This document shows, in pieces, positions 62,375 through 64,000 of a stretch of 64,000 bases of DNA. The translations under genes and the position numbers were made by a program. The notes beneath the pieces are model-generated. The model was not told the DNA's origin, made no database searches, and worked only from the letters and a program-made list of their open reading frames with translations. Source of the DNA: Squalus acanthias (Eukaryota); NCBI GenBank assembly GCA_030390025.1, contig CM059431.1, positions 100,318,001 to 100,382,000 of the forward strand, in the 5' to 3' direction. Position 1 is the first letter of the stretch; the number at the start of each line of letters is the position of its first letter.

Positions 62375-63080
62375 TTATGCTAAACCTTTATAAATCACTG
62401 GTTAGGCCCCAGCTGGAGTATTGTGTCCAATTCTGGGCACCGCACTTTAGGAAGGATGTCAAGGCCTTGCAGAGGGTGCAGAGGAGATTTACCGGAATGG
62501 TACCAGGGATGAGGGACTTCAGTTACGTGGAGAAGCTGGGGTTGTTCTCCTTAGAGCAGAGAAGGTTAAGGGGATATTAAATAGCGGTTTTCAAAATTAT
62601 GAAGGGTTTTGATAGAGTAAATAAGGTGAAACTATTTCTACTGGCGAGAGGGTCAGTAACCAGAGGGGACAGATTTAAGTTAATGGGCCAAAAAATCCAT
62701 AGGGAAATTTTTTTTACACAGCGAGTTGTTGTGATCTGGAATGCGCTGCCTGAACGGGCGGTGGAAACAGATTCAATAGTAACTTTCAAAAGGGAATTAG
62801 ATAAATACTTGAAGGGGAATAATTTGCAGGGCTATGGGGAAAGAGCAGGGGGGAGTGAGACTAATTGGAGAGCTCGTTCAAAGAGCCGGCACAGGCACGA
62901 TGGGCCGAATGGCCTCCTTCTGTGCTGTATGATTCTGATGCGGAGATGCCGGTGTTGGGCTGGGGTGGACAAAAGTGAGAAGTCGCACAACACCAGGTTA
63001 TAGTCCAACAGTTTTATTTGAAATCACAAGCTTTCGGAGCTGCTGCCCCTTCGTCAGGTGAAGTGATTCTATGATTCTAT
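62375..63080 (+). mobile_element. CR1 3' fragment with a family-B mini-element (62937-63064, -) in its tail
   Basis: MLNLYKSLVRPQLEYCVQFWAPHFRKD...; insertion sits in the (ATGATTCT)n tail. Confidence 0.85.
63024..63061 (-). ncRNA. Minimal hammerhead ribozyme motif (family B)
   Basis: TCAC CTGACGA A GGGGC AGCA GCTCC GAAA GCTT GTGA on the - strand. Confidence 0.7.
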
Positions 63081-63274
63081 GATCTCTATTGCGGTACCAA
63101 TTCTCCAAACTTTTTGTGCTCCTAACAACCATCAGTATCAAAATCATGAGGTGCCACTCTTTGCAGCTTCTTGCAACCCTGCCTAATATATAAAAGAAAA
63201 AGTAATGGCATCAGTCCTTCAGTGTGTACGGTAGTTTTGTTTGTGACGTAAAACACAGTTCAGTTATATGATTT

Positions 63275-63466
63275 AAAAACAGAAAATACTGGAGATACTC
63301 AGCAGGGCAGGCAGCATCTGTGAAGAGAGAAACAGAGTTAACGTTTCAGGTCGATGACCTTTTGTCAGAACTGGAAAAAAGCAGGAAATGGAACAGATTT
63401 TTAAGCAAGTGCAGGGGCTGGGAAAGGCGGGGGGGGGGGGGGGATGAAAGAACAAAAGGGAAGGTC
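63275..63466 (-). mobile_element. Penelope terminal fragment (family A), hammerhead core mutated
   Basis: Matches 26140-26330; core reads CTGACAA instead of CTGACGA. Confidence 0.75.
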
Positions 63467-63567
63467 AATCAGTTATATGATTGATCCTCAGTCAGGTTAT
63501 TTAGTACCGCTTTTGGCGAAATGGATTACTATTTAAAAAAATATCTAATGTTATGTTTGTTTATCAG

Positions 63568-63770
63568 GCCATTAATTATAATTACTACTACTCTCTGAAT
63601 ACATGGCTACTCGTGTGTCCCTGGTGGCTGTGCTTTGATTGGTCAATGGGCTGTATACCTCTGATTAAATCAATCAACGACATTAGACTGTTTGCCCCTC
63701 TCGTACTTTGGCTCTTCCTCCTCGGCATCATGGTGCAAGCTTTGTGCTCCAAAAACACAGATGAACGAAG
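63568..63770 (+). CDS. TMTC4: TMTC4 coding exon 8 (DUF1736 region); gene continues beyond the window
   Basis: AINYNYYYSLNTWLLVCPWWLCFDWSMGCIPLIKSIND...QALCSKNTDER(R); CAG| ... |GTAAGG. Confidence 0.96.
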
Positions 63771-64000
63771 GTAAGGTGTTTGGTTTTGATAAATATTTAC
63801 CGTTACCAGTTGCATGTGAAGTTCCTTTGTGTGGCACTGAAAACTTATTATATTGGGCACACTGATGAGATCTGAGAAAATACATAGGGCTGGATTTTGT
63901 CTTGGGGTCGTGTTACCCACATTTCGTGTTGTCCCCCCGACTCCAGATTAATGTGGATGAATGATGCAATGTTCACTTAATTGGGCAATTGAGTTCCAGC

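Noticed and set aside
53854..63770. TMTC4 as an established pseudogene
   Set aside because: Only one lesion, in a homopolymer; all other exons, phases and splice sites are intact.

Overview
Eukaryotic, repeat-rich vertebrate DNA. The repeat families point to a shark or other elasmobranch (inference). The only recognisable host protein-coding gene is the 5' part of TMTC4 on the + strand: a CpG-rich promoter and probable first exon at ~50.3-50.5 kb, then eight coding exons at 53854-63770, with the gene running off the window. One TMTC4 exon (61692-61852) is one base short, so the frame breaks as assembled. A single intact tRNA-Asp(GTC) lies on the - strand at 39438-39509. Most of the rest is mobile DNA: CR1 and L2 LINE fragments; a tRNA-headed Deu-domain SINE (SacSINE1-like), five copies of which carry an expanded internal 33-bp minisatellite; the 5' end of a Tx1-clade LINE abutting a SINE head; Penelope-like elements and short derivatives with two families of minimal hammerhead ribozyme motifs; and often nested Tigger-like, Harbinger-like and hAT-like non-autonomous DNA elements. 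The long ORFs in the track are almost all tandem-repeat or LINE artefacts. There is no CRISPR array, rRNA or prokaryotic feature. Family names come from recalled sequence knowledge, not database searches.
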